Source of the DNA: Flavobacterium sp. UBA2787
GTDB lineage: Bacteria > Bacteroidota > Bacteroidia > Flavobacteriales > Flavobacteriaceae
Assembly (NCBI RefSeq): GCF_002352205.1
Contig: NZ_DEHZ01000014.1
Span: 97,047 to 161,046 of the forward strand
Direction: 5' to 3'
DNA length: 64,000 bases
Positions 9,097-17,747 of this stretch are shown here, in pieces. The notes under the pieces were generated by a model, which ran no database searches, had not been told where the DNA came from, and saw only the letters and a list, made by a program, of their open reading frames with translations. Made by a program: the position numbers and the translations under genes. Position 1 is the first letter of the stretch, and the number at the start of each line of letters is the position of its first letter.

Positions 9097-9560
9097 TTGA
9101 AGCGATAATAAATATTTGGAAAGTTTTTGAAGTAAATAATGTAAAATATATTACAATTGGTGGTTTTGCTGTCAATATTTATGGCTATACGAGAAACACT
9201 GGTGATTTGGATATTTTAATTGAAGACTCATTAGAGAACAGAAAAAATTTAAGAAAAGCTTTTATTGAAATTGGAATTGGAGATTTTGAATCAATAGAAA
9301 CTATGCAATTTATTCCAGGTTGGACAGATTTTACTTTGTTTTTTGGTTTGCGATTAGATGTGATGACTTCAATTAAAGGTCTAGAAAATGTACCTTTTGA
9401 AGAATTATTAGAAAAAGCAACTAAAGTTATTATGGGAAATGTTGCTGTAAATTTTATTGATTACGATAACCTAATTATCGCAAAAAAAGCAACGAATCGA
9501 TTAAAGGATAAATTAGATTTAGAGGAATTAAATAAAATCAATAATCCAGATAAAGAGTAA
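9093..9560 (+). CDS. minimal Pol-beta-fold nucleotidyltransferase (MNT/AbiEii-like superfamily)
   Basis: GGFAVNIYGYTRNTGDLDILI carries the G[GS]...DxD signature. The C-terminal helix LIIAKKATNRLKDKLDLEEL is common in small NTases. Confidence 0.7.
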   Translation: MIEAIINIWKVFEVNNVKYITIGGFAVNIYGYTRNTGDLDILIEDSLENRKNLRKAFIEIGIGDFESIETMQFIPGWTDFTLFFGLRLDVMTSIKGLENVPFEELLEKATKVIMGNVAVNFIDYDNLIIAKKATNRLKDKLDLEELNKINNPDKE

Positions 9561-9589
9561 AACAAAAAAAAACTTTAACCAAAAATAAG

Positions 9590-10882
9590 CTGAAAACAGA
9601 AGCACAAAAAATTTTAGTCATTACCTACTACTGGCCGCCAGCCGGTGGTCCCGGTGTTCAACGTTGGCTAAAATTTGTCAAATATCTACCGGATTTTGGG
9701 TATGAACCGCACGTTTACATTCCCGAAAATCCAACCTATCCAATAGTTGATGTAAAATTATTAGAACAAGTTTCAGACAAGGCAATCATCATCAAAAATA
9801 AAATCAAAGAACCGTACCGTTGGGCTTCATTTTTATCTAAAAAAAATACTAAACAAATAAGTTCCGGAATCATTCCAAGTAAAAAGAAACAATCTTTGAT
9901 TGAAAAGCTAATGCTTTGGATTCGCGGAAATTTTTTCATTCCCGATGCTCGAATTTTATGGGTGAAACCTTCAGTTGTTTTTTTGAAAGACTATATTGAA
10001 ATACATCAAATAGAAACAATTATTACAACCGGTCCGCCACACAGTTTGCATTTAATTGGTTTACAATTGAAAAAGCAAAGTAATGTCAAATGGATTGCTG
10101 ACTTTCGAGATCCGTGGACAACCATTGGCTATCACAAAGAATTGATGCTCAATGAGAAATCAGAGAAGAAACACAAAGAATTAGAGAAAAAAGTTCTCGA
10201 TTCTGCCGATAAAATTATTGTTACCAGTCCGACAACAAAAAGCGAATTTTCTAAATTAACTTCAAAACCAATTGAAGTAATTACAAATGGTTATGATGTG
10301 GAAAAAGTTACTAAAACCGAATTAGATGAGAAATTTTCCATCGCTCACATCGGTTCGTTTTTATCCGACAGAAATCCGAGAATTTTGTGGAAAGCATTAA
10401 AAGAATTAGTCAAAGAAAACAAAGAATTTGCTGCTGATTTTCAATTGAAATTGATTGGAAAAGTGAGTAAGGATGTTTTGGAAACGATTGATGAATTCAA
10501 GCTGACTAAATTTGTTACTAATTTAGGATATCTTTCGCATGATGAAGCAGTTGTTCATCAACGAACATCACAAGTTTTGTTATTAATTGAAATAGATTCT
10601 GAAGAAACCCGTTGCATCATTCCCGGAAAATTGTTTGAATACATGGTTTCTGATCGTCCGATTATTGCAATTGGACCTAAAGCATCCGATTTTGAAGAAA
10701 TTATAAAAGAAACAAACACCGGTCAGTTTTTTACATACGATGAAAAATGGAAATTAAAAGAAGCTATTTTTGCTCAATATCAATTGTATAAGCAGAATAA
10801 TTTGAAAGTATATCCAGTAGGTTTGCAATATTACAGCAGAAAAAATTTAACTGAAAAGTTGGTAAAAACCTGTTTAGAATAA
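9590..10882 (+). CDS. GT4-family (GT-B fold) glycosyltransferase; start codon uncertain (no canonical start for N-terminal domain)
   Basis: Frame open from 9554 and encodes KILVITYYWPPAGGPGVQRWLKFVKYL..., upstream of the track start TTG 9896. CTG 9590 is taken provisionally as the start. C-terminal half has IIPGKLFEYMVSDRPIIAIGP. Confidence 0.65.
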   Translation: MKTEAQKILVITYYWPPAGGPGVQRWLKFVKYLPDFGYEPHVYIPENPTYPIVDVKLLEQVSDKAIIIKNKIKEPYRWASFLSKKNTKQISSGIIPSKKKQSLIEKLMLWIRGNFFIPDARILWVKPSVVFLKDYIEIHQIETIITTGPPHSLHLIGLQLKKQSNVKWIADFRDPWTTIGYHKELMLNEKSEKKHKELEKKVLDSADKIIVTSPTTKSEFSKLTSKPIEVITNGYDVEKVTKTELDEKFSIAHIGSFLSDRNPRILWKALKELVKENKEFAADFQLKLIGKVSKDVLETIDEFKLTKFVTNLGYLSHDEAVVHQRTSQVLLLIEIDSEETRCIIPGKLFEYMVSDRPIIAIGPKASDFEEIIKETNTGQFFTYDEKWKLKEAIFAQYQLYKQNNLKVYPVGLQYYSRKNLTEKLVKTCLE

Positions 10883-10907
10883 AAATCAAACAATCCAATC
10901 ATCCAAA

Positions 10908-12371
10908 ATGGGAATCGTACTTAATCAATCCATCAAAAACACCATCATTACCTTTATTGGTTTTGCTATTGGTGCTACGAATGCATTGTTTATGTACACT
11001 CATTTTTTGGGAGAAGATTATTATGGATTAACCGCATTTTTACTTTCCTCAGCCAATATTATGATGCCATTGATGGCGTTTGGAATTCAAAATACATTAG
11101 TGAAATTTTATTCCGAACATAAATCGGAAGAAGAAAAATCCCGTTTTCTGAATTTAGTTTTGGTTTTGCCTTTCGTTATAATTATTCCAATTTTCTTGAT
11201 TTTGTTTCTGTTTTATGGAGAAACTGCCAATCTACTTTCCCAAAAAAATCCAATTATTCACGATTACGTTTGGATGATTCCGGTCATCGGATTATTCATG
11301 GGTTATTTCGAGATTTTTTATGCGTGGGTCAAAGTGCATCTGAAATCCGTTTTTGGCAATTTTGTTAAAGAAGTTTTACTTCGTGTATTCATCAGCATTT
11401 TTCTTTTTGCTGTATACTTTGATTGGATAACCAACGTGCAATTTGTGTATTGTTTGGTGTTTATTTATTTTACGATGATGGTTATTATGGGATTGGTCGC
11501 TTTTTCTGTGCGAAAACCGCAATTTCATTTGAAGTTTCCAAAGGAAAAAAGAGAAGTCATTGTTTATTCTGCTTTTATCATATTTTCCTCCAGTATCGCG
11601 GTACTTTTGTTGGATATTGATAAATTTATGATTGGGCAATATATTCCAATTAATGAAGCGGCTTATTATTCGGTTGCGATTTTTATTGCATTGACGATTT
11701 CTGTTCCCATGCGGGCGATGCACCAAATTACGCATCCGATTACGACCGATTTAATGGCGAGAAAAAAGCATGACGAATTGAATGATTTATACAAAAAAAC
11801 GGCCATTACTTTGCAAGTAATCGGCGGATTTATCATGTTGGGAATTCTAACCAATATTCACCAAGTCTATGCGTTATTGCCTGAAAAATATAGTGGTGGA
11901 GTAGCGGTGGTGTTTTTGATTTCCTTTTCTAAATTCTTTGATTTGATGTTGGGAAACAATAATTCCATCATTTTTAATTCAAAATATTACCGAACGGTTT
12001 TGTTTTTAGGATTGTGTTTGGTGGGATTAACCGTTAGTTTGAATATGTATTTTATTCCGAATTTTGGTATTGAAGGAGCAGCCATTGCTACTTTAATTTC
12101 TATTGGATTATACAGTTTAGCCAAATTTTTATTTGTGGTTTTTAAAATGGATTTGTTTCCGTTTACCAAAAAAACAATTGTTTCATTGGCAATTATTGCC
12201 ATAACTTTTGTTGTCTTTTATTTCTGGAATTTTTCCTTTCACCCGATTCTCAATATTTTATTAAAATCGCTTTTAATTGTCGTATTCTATTGGGGTTTGA
12301 ATTACAAACTAACCATTTCTGAGGATATTAATGGTGTGATGGATAAAGTTTTGATGAAAATAAAAAGATAA
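10908..12371 (+). CDS. oligosaccharide/polysaccharide flippase (Wzx/MOP superfamily)
   Basis: 487 aa with ~12-14 TM helices, adjacent to a glycosyltransferase. Confidence 0.8.
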   Translation: MGIVLNQSIKNTIITFIGFAIGATNALFMYTHFLGEDYYGLTAFLLSSANIMMPLMAFGIQNTLVKFYSEHKSEEEKSRFLNLVLVLPFVIIIPIFLILFLFYGETANLLSQKNPIIHDYVWMIPVIGLFMGYFEIFYAWVKVHLKSVFGNFVKEVLLRVFISIFLFAVYFDWITNVQFVYCLVFIYFTMMVIMGLVAFSVRKPQFHLKFPKEKREVIVYSAFIIFSSSIAVLLLDIDKFMIGQYIPINEAAYYSVAIFIALTISVPMRAMHQITHPITTDLMARKKHDELNDLYKKTAITLQVIGGFIMLGILTNIHQVYALLPEKYSGGVAVVFLISFSKFFDLMLGNNNSIIFNSKYYRTVLFLGLCLVGLTVSLNMYFIPNFGIEGAAIATLISIGLYSLAKFLFVVFKMDLFPFTKKTIVSLAIIAITFVVFYFWNFSFHPILNILLKSLLIVVFYWGLNYKLTISEDINGVMDKVLMKIKR

Positions 12372-12471
12372 ATTGAATTGTCTTTATTATTTTTCAAAAA
12401 AACAAAAGAGAATTTAATGAACGACTATTTTATCACATTTAAGTTAGATACAAATTTCTTCCTAGTACCAA

Positions 12472-12558
12472 CCTGCATGAGGGATTGAAGAGGAAAGCCC
12501 ACAGAGAAGCCGGAGCTTGCGTAGGTGGAACGAGGACTTGGAACGAAAAGCCCGACCC
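12472..12558 (-). repeat. modular GC-rich intergenic element, copy E1 (minus orientation)
   Basis: The reverse complement carries GGGTCGGGCTTTTCGTTCCAAGTCC and GGGCTTTCCTCTTCAATCCCTC, matching modules in copies at 13623, 20785 and 44545. Confidence 0.6.
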
Positions 12559-12621
12559 TTGTGGTCATGCCCAAAAAAATTAGAAAATAGAAGAAAAGAC
12601 TATCCAAAATAATAAAAAAGA

Positions 12622-12658
12622 GAAAGCCCTGCTACTTGGGGATTTTCGCAGGACTTTC
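12622..12658. terminator. hairpin between convergent genes (likely bidirectional terminator)
   Basis: GAAAGCCCTGC (12622-12632) pairs with GCAGGACTTTC (12648-12658), 10/11 bp. A-run upstream, T-rich downstream. Confidence 0.55.
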
Positions 12659-12661
12659 TTC

Positions 12662-12702
12662 AACCAAACTTAACCAAACTTTTTAATCTAACTAACCAAA
12701 CT
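12662..12702. repeat. AACCAAACT word tract (3 copies)
   Basis: Copies at 12662-12670, 12672-12680 and 12694-12702. Ends 15 nt from the stop of the 12718-13335 gene. Confidence 0.7.
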
Positions 12703-12717
12703 CAATTTTTTATTTAC

Positions 12718-13335
12718 TTATTTTTTGTCTTTAACCAACGCTCGTGTTCCATCTGCTTTGTAGTAGTAGTAACTGTTGTCGTTGTAGGTGTAACCGCTGT
12801 TATAGTTTTCTGAACTTCCGTAGTAGGTGTTATGGGCGTAACCATAATTTCCTCTTGTAAAATTCACTTGACCAATCGTGCGGGTGATCATTCCTCTGTT
12901 GTTATATACAATTTGCATGCCACCAATTTGAGAGAGTGCAAAACGGTTGTATCTCATATAGACAGTTCCGATACGGCTTACGCGGTTTCTGTTGTCGTAG
13001 TTAATGAAGGTGTTGCCAACGCGACGAACTCTTCCAAAACTATCGTGCTCAATCCGAACTCCGTAATTCACGGCTACTGCGGTGTTTCCTCGGGTGCCTC
13101 CTCTGCGGTAGAAGATGCCTCCTTGACTGTCTTGTGGACGAGTGTTGAAATCGAAATCACCGTTTAAGAATACAAAGAACTCGATACCTCGCTCCATGAA
13201 TACAATTGGTTCTGCGTCCATGTAATTTGAGTAAGCAACATTTCTTTCAAAATCAGAAAAAGTGGTTTTTTCTGCTGCTAAAGCCAAACTTCCAACCAGT
13301 AAGTTTGCGGCTACTAAGAGGGTAATTTTTTTCAT
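12718..13335 (-). CDS. secreted Tyr/Asn/Gly/Arg-rich protein of unknown function
   Basis: Signal peptide MKKITLLVAANLLVGSLALAA. Internal RV(R/S)R(V/I)G...Y(D/N)NR repeats. C-terminal NSGYTYNDNSYYYYK. Confidence 0.6.
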   Translation of the reverse strand: MKKITLLVAANLLVGSLALAAEKTTFSDFERNVAYSNYMDAEPIVFMERGIEFFVFLNGDFDFNTRPQDSQGGIFYRRGGTRGNTAVAVNYGVRIEHDSFGRVRRVGNTFINYDNRNRVSRIGTVYMRYNRFALSQIGGMQIVYNNRGMITRTIGQVNFTRGNYGYAHNTYYGSSENYNSGYTYNDNSYYYYKADGTRALVKDKK

Positions 13336-13513
13336 GACACATTCGATTTAAACTTTTTGCTTACTCTTGAGTTTTTCAGCTTTCACTAAAAACTGATTTG
13401 TTTCAGTTTCTTGTTTAGTTATTTTCAATTGCTGTGCCAAAAATGAATTTTGTGTTGTGAATGAGTTGTTAATGATTTTTAAGTAGTTGTTTTTTTAGTG
13501 TTTTATAGAAGAA

Positions 13514-13548
13514 AGAAGCAAGAAGCAAGAGACAAGAAAGGGAGAACA
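13514..13548. repeat. degenerate heptamer tract (AGAAGCA-like x5)
   Basis: AGAAGCA AGAAGCA AGAGACA AGAAAGG GAGAACA. Confidence 0.65.
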
Positions 13549-13586
13549 CAGATTTTAAAAATTTGAGAAATTAGAAAAATCAAACC

Positions 13587-13607
13587 GATAACAGAGAACT
13601 GATAACG
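13587..13607. repeat. heptamer tract GATAACA GAGAACT GATAACG
   Basis: Period 7. GATAACAGA recurs at 46504. Confidence 0.55.
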
Positions 13608-13622
13608 GACTTAGAAGCGAAT

Positions 13623-13712
13623 GGTTCGGGCATTTTCAGCCATCCATTTTCCCGCTTTCCGTTGCAATCTCGCCAAAAGGCGAGGATTTCCACTACAATC
13701 GGGGCTAGAAAG
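13623..13712 (+). repeat. modular GC-rich intergenic element, copy E2
   Basis: GGTTCGGGCATTTTC; CGCTTTCCGTTGCAATCTCGCC; hairpin CTCGCC-AAAA-GGCGAG (13669-13686); GGATTTCCACTACAATCGGGGCTAGAAAG. Confidence 0.6.
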
Positions 13713-13734
13713 TAAACAAATCGCCTACTTGGAA

Positions 13735-13766
13735 AGTTTTCAGTCGCAGTTTTCAGTCGCAGTTTA
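13735..13766. repeat. 13-mer tandem repeat (AGTTTTCAGTCGC x2.5)
   Basis: Copies at 13735-13747 and 13748-13760, plus a partial AGTTTA. Confidence 0.75.
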
Positions 13767-13773
13767 CAGACAA

Positions 13774-13815
13774 CAGAGAACAGAGAACAGAGAACAGAGA
13801 ACAGAGAACAGAGAA
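13774..13815. repeat. perfect heptamer tandem repeat (CAGAGAA x6)
   Basis: Six exact copies. The last base is immediately adjacent to the uvrA stop codon (13816-13818). Confidence 0.9.
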
Positions 13816-16608
13816 CTACTTCAACTTCTCCTTCAAATATTTCCCCGTAATCGATTTTTTGTCTTTTGCCACTTCTTCCGGAGTTCCGAACGCCATTAAT
13901 TGTCCGCCATTTTCGCCACCTTCCGGACCAATGTCGATGATGTAATCGGCACATTTAATTAAGTCCAAATTATGCTCAATTACGATGATTGAATGACCTT
14001 TTTCGATCAAAGCTTCAAACGAAGCAAGTAATTTTTTGATGTCGTGAAAGTGCAAACCGGTGGTAGGTTCATCAAAGACAAAAAGAGCTTTGTCTTTGGT
14101 TGTGCCTTTTACTAGAAAGGAAGCGAGTTTAATTCGTTGAGCTTCTCCACCCGAAAGAGTAGAAGAGGATTGACCCAATTGCACATAACCCAAACCAACA
14201 TCTTGAAGCGGTTTCAATTTCTGAATGATTTTGGTTTGCTTTTGTTCGTCAAAAAAAGCAACGGCATCATCGATGGTCATTGTCAAAATGTTATCGATAT
14301 TTTTTCCTTCAAATTGTACTTCGAGTATTTCTTTTTTGAAACGTTTTCCGCCACAGGTTTCACATTCCAAATGAACATCGGCCATAAATTGCATTTCAAT
14401 GGTTACTTCGCCATCGCCTTTGCAGGTTTCGCAACGACCACCATCAACGTTAAACGAAAAATGTTTCGGTAAATAACCACGAATTTTCGAGAGTTTTTGT
14501 TTCGTAAACAAATCCCGAATATCATCGTAGGCTTTGATGTACGTCACCGGATTAGAACGAGAACTTCGCCCAATCGGATTTTGATCTACATATTCAATGT
14601 GTTTAATATGCGAGAAATTGCCTCGCAATTCAGTGAATTGTCCGGCTTTATCGCTCACACCTTCTAATTTCTTTTGTAAAGCAGGAAACAATATTTTTTT
14701 TACTAACGTACTTTTCCCACTTCCGGAAACGCCGGTAATCACGGTTAAACAATCCAATGGAAAGTTCACGTCGATGTTTTTTAAATTATTTTCACGAGCT
14801 CCTATAATTTCGATATGATTCTTGAATTTCCGTCTCTTTTTAGGAACTTCGATTTCTAATTCGCCGTTTAAATATTTAGCAGTTAAAGAATCAGCTTTTA
14901 GAATTTCGCTAAAATCTCCTTCGGCAACTAAATGACCACCGTGTGTTCCGGCTTCGGGACCAATATCGATGATGCGGTCGGCGGCTTTCATTATGTCTTC
15001 GTCGTGTTCAACAACGATTACTGTATTTCCTAGGTTTCGTAGGTTTTTCAACACTTCAATTAAACGTTCCGTATCTTTTGGATGTAATCCGATGCTGGGT
15101 TCATCCAAAATATACATCGAACCCACCAAACTACTTCCTAACGAGGTAGCCAAGTTGATGCGTTGCGATTCGCCACCGGAAAGGGAAGCGGAATTTCGGT
15201 TTAACGTTAAATAATTCAAACCCACTTCATCTAAAAATTTAAGTCGGTTATTAATTTCAATCAACAATCGTTTTGCAACTTTTTGATCGTATTCTGAAAG
15301 TTCTAATTGTTGAAAAAAGACAATTAGATTTTTTATCGGTAAATCAACCAATTCAGAAACGGTTTTGTTGCCTACCTTAATATAATTGGTTTCTATTCGT
15401 AACCGTTTTCCTTTACAAGTCGGACATTTTGTTTTTCCTCGGTAACGAGAAAGCATTACGCGGTTTTGAATTTTATAATTTTTTTCTTCTAATTCTTTGA
15501 AGAAATCGTGTAATCCGGTAAAGTATTTATTTCCGTTCCAAATCAACTGTTTTTGTTCCTCTGTTAATTGAAAATACGGTTTGTGAATCGGGAAATCAAA
15601 TTTGTAAGCATTGTTCACTAATTGATCACGATACCATCCCATACTTTCGCCTCGCCAAGGGAAAATAGCATTTTCATAAACAGATAAAGCGGTGTTCGGG
15701 ACAACCAATTCTTCATCAATTCCAATAATATTTCCATAGCCTTCACAAGTCGGACAAGCTCCGTACGGATTATTAAAACTGAACAGATGCACGTTTGGTT
15801 CTAAAAAAGTGATACCGTCTAATTGAAAATTGGTGCTGAATTCAAGTCTTTTTTGTGTAGCTACTTCTTGCACATAACATTCGCCTTTTCCTTCATAAAA
15901 AGCGGTTTGAACGGCGTCGGCTAAACGATTTAAGAACTCTTCATCGTCTTTCACCACGATTCGGTCTATGATTAGCAGAATGTCTTTATTGTCTAAAGAG
16001 TGTTGTTCTAATTCATCCAAACGAATCATTTCATTGTCAACCAAAATCCTAATAAAACCTTGTTGAAGTAACACTTTCAATTTGTCTTCCAATGCTCTTC
16101 CTTCTTCCAAATGAATAGGAGCGAGGAGGAGCCATTTGCTTTCGGGTTCAAAGGAAGTAATGATTTTCACAACATCCGAAACGTTTTGTTTTTTTACTTC
16201 TTGACCGGAAACAGGTGAAAAAGTCTTTCCAATACGAGCAAAAAGCAATTTCAGATAATCATATATTTCTGTTGAGGTTCCAACTGTCGAACGAGCGTTT
16301 GTGGTGTTCACTTTTTGCTCGATGGCAATGGCGGGAGCAATACCTTTAATATATTCCACTTTCGGCTTGTCTAATCTTCCTAAGAATTGACGAGCATAAG
16401 ACGACAAACTTTCCACATAACGTCGCTGACCTTCGGCATACAACGTATCAAAAGCCAAACTCGATTTTCCGGAACCCGAAAGTCCGGTGATAACCACTAA
16501 TTTATTTCGCGGAATCGCTACATCAATGTTTTTAAGATTGTGTAGTTGTGCTCCTTTAATTAGGATATTTTTCTTGGGTTCGAGTAGGGCAAATTCTTCT
16601 GGTGTCAT
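13816..16608 (-). CDS. uvrA: excinuclease ABC subunit A
   Basis: 930 aa. Two ABC modules ([43 protein letters not shown]) and zinc-finger cysteines ([16 protein letters not shown]). Confidence 0.97.
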   Translation of the reverse strand: MTPEEFALLEPKKNILIKGAQLHNLKNIDVAIPRNKLVVITGLSGSGKSSLAFDTLYAEGQRRYVESLSSYARQFLGRLDKPKVEYIKGIAPAIAIEQKVNTTNARSTVGTSTEIYDYLKLLFARIGKTFSPVSGQEVKKQNVSDVVKIITSFEPESKWLLLAPIHLEEGRALEDKLKVLLQQGFIRILVDNEMIRLDELEQHSLDNKDILLIIDRIVVKDDEEFLNRLADAVQTAFYEGKGECYVQEVATQKRLEFSTNFQLDGITFLEPNVHLFSFNNPYGACPTCEGYGNIIGIDEELVVPNTALSVYENAIFPWRGESMGWYRDQLVNNAYKFDFPIHKPYFQLTEEQKQLIWNGNKYFTGLHDFFKELEEKNYKIQNRVMLSRYRGKTKCPTCKGKRLRIETNYIKVGNKTVSELVDLPIKNLIVFFQQLELSEYDQKVAKRLLIEINNRLKFLDEVGLNYLTLNRNSASLSGGESQRINLATSLGSSLVGSMYILDEPSIGLHPKDTERLIEVLKNLRNLGNTVIVVEHDEDIMKAADRIIDIGPEAGTHGGHLVAEGDFSEILKADSLTAKYLNGELEIEVPKKRRKFKNHIEIIGARENNLKNIDVNFPLDCLTVITGVSGSGKSTLVKKILFPALQKKLEGVSDKAGQFTELRGNFSHIKHIEYVDQNPIGRSSRSNPVTYIKAYDDIRDLFTKQKLSKIRGYLPKHFSFNVDGGRCETCKGDGEVTIEMQFMADVHLECETCGGKRFKKEILEVQFEGKNIDNILTMTIDDAVAFFDEQKQTKIIQKLKPLQDVGLGYVQLGQSSSTLSGGEAQRIKLASFLVKGTTKDKALFVFDEPTTGLHFHDIKKLLASFEALIEKGHSIIVIEHNLDLIKCADYIIDIGPEGGENGGQLMAFGTPEEVAKDKKSITGKYLKEKLK

Positions 16609-16857
16609 AGCAAAGTTGAAAGAATCGCAAAGATAGTGATTTGAAATTTCAATTAAAAGGTTGGGATTTTCTATTTTTTGTGGAATCAGGACTTTACTTT
16701 CACAGAAGTTACGCCTGATAGGTTTCTGAAACCTGTAAGCTATAAAAAAACATCTTTTTTATGCAAAATATGACTAATTTATTATGGTTTTCCACATTTA
16801 TTGCATTTTGAATGTTAAAATTTCAATTAAAATTTGTTTGTTCAAATAAAATTGTGT

Positions 16858-16865
16858 TACATTTG
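16858..16865 (+). promoter_or_regulatory. candidate -7 promoter box (TACATTTG)
   Basis: TAnnTTTG match ~95 nt upstream of ATG 16960. Confidence 0.3.
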
Positions 16866-16959
16866 GCTAATAATTAATCTTTATTTAACAACTGCTTATA
16901 GGAAAAAAATACTTTTTTAGAAAATTTAGTTCAAAACACGAAATTAAAAAGGTATTACT

Positions 16960-17547
16960 ATGGCTACTGTTAATCAACTCCCAGACGCTTTATTGGTTAA
17001 GAATTACATTGCTGGTGATGAGCAATCGTTGGCTATTCTTATAGAAAGACATCAATCAAAAATTTACGGATTTATCTATTCCAAAATTGCAGATCGCGAT
17101 ATTACTGATGATGTTTTTCAAGATACTTTCATTAAAGTAATTAAAACTTTAAAATCAAACTCATATAACGAAGAAGGTAAGTTTTTACCTTGGGTAATGC
17201 GAATTGCTCATAATTTAGTTGTCGATCATTTCCGAAGAAATAAAAAAATGCCAATGCAACGCGAAACAGAAGAATATTCTATCTTTTCGTATATGAGCGA
17301 CAATTCTATGAATGTGGAAGGCCGAATGATTACTGATCAAGTAGAAAGTGATTTAAAACGTCTTTTGGAAGAATTACCAGCCGATCAAAAAGAAGTATTG
17401 ATAATGAGAATGTATCAAGATATGAGTTTCAAGGAAATCGCCGATTTAACCGGAGTCAGCATTAACACCGCTTTAGGCAGAATGCGTTATGCTTTAATGA
17501 ATTTGAGAAAAGTAATCGAAAAAAATCAAATAATTTTAACCAATTAA
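16960..17547 (+). CDS. RNA polymerase sigma factor, sigma-70 family (ECF-like, group 4)
   Basis: Region 2 (DVFQDTFIKV...WVMRIAHNLVVDHFRR) and region 4 HTH (SFKEIADLTGVSINTALGRMRYALMNLRK). Confidence 0.85.
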   Translation: MATVNQLPDALLVKNYIAGDEQSLAILIERHQSKIYGFIYSKIADRDITDDVFQDTFIKVIKTLKSNSYNEEGKFLPWVMRIAHNLVVDHFRRNKKMPMQRETEEYSIFSYMSDNSMNVEGRMITDQVESDLKRLLEELPADQKEVLIMRMYQDMSFKEIADLTGVSINTALGRMRYALMNLRKVIEKNQIILTN

Positions 17548-17599
17548 ACAATATTTGGAAAAGTCTTTCGTTGTAGATTAAAACAAACATATTTTATCT

Positions 17600-17743
17600 A
17601 TGGCAAAACTTTACACTAGAAAAAAGTTAGCGACTCCAAAGATGTTACCTAAAAAAGAAACTATAAGTTTTTTGCTCAACTACTCCAAGGCACTGAGCAT
17701 TGTTAAAGTAGGTAACATGTCTTTCGAAACTATTGCTAACTAA
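17600..17743 (+). CDS. unannotated small ORF (47 aa) between sigma gene and terminator
   Basis: MAKLYTRKKLATPKMLPKKETISFLLNYSKALSIVKVGNMSFETIAN. Starts 52 nt after the sigma stop and is followed directly by a strong terminator, which suggests co-transcription. Confidence 0.4.
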   Translation: MAKLYTRKKLATPKMLPKKETISFLLNYSKALSIVKVGNMSFETIAN

Positions 17744-17747
17744 AAGG

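Noticed and set aside
9736-9939. Minus-strand 67-aa ORF.
   Set aside because: It lies antisense to the conserved N-terminal domain of the GT4 glycosyltransferase.
12481-12500. GAGGAAAGCCC resembles the P4 GAGGAAAGUCC motif of RNase P RNA.
   Set aside because: The GC-rich block is only ~100 nt. It lacks the other conserved RNase P regions (for example the ACAGAA...GGCUUA 3' P4 strand). The same module recurs in other spacers as a repeat.
12425-12607. Track ORF of 60 aa on the minus strand.
   Set aside because: It is entirely a translation of repeat copy E1.
13774-13815. Possible CRISPR-like array, considering this and the other tandem tracts.
   Set aside because: Units are 6-13 nt with no spacers and no repeat-spacer periodicity. 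No cas genes are present in the window.
13580-13954. Track ORFs 13580-13954 (-) and 13621-13899 (+).
   Set aside because: They are translations of the repeat element and heptamer tract and overlap the uvrA 3' end. The peptides are low-complexity (for example [13 protein letters not shown]).
14137-15214. Plus-strand ORFs inside uvrA (14137-14472, 14597-14818, 14969-15214), and similar antisense ORFs inside other long genes.
   Set aside because: These are shadow ORFs opposite strongly supported genes. They have no motifs and typical antisense composition.
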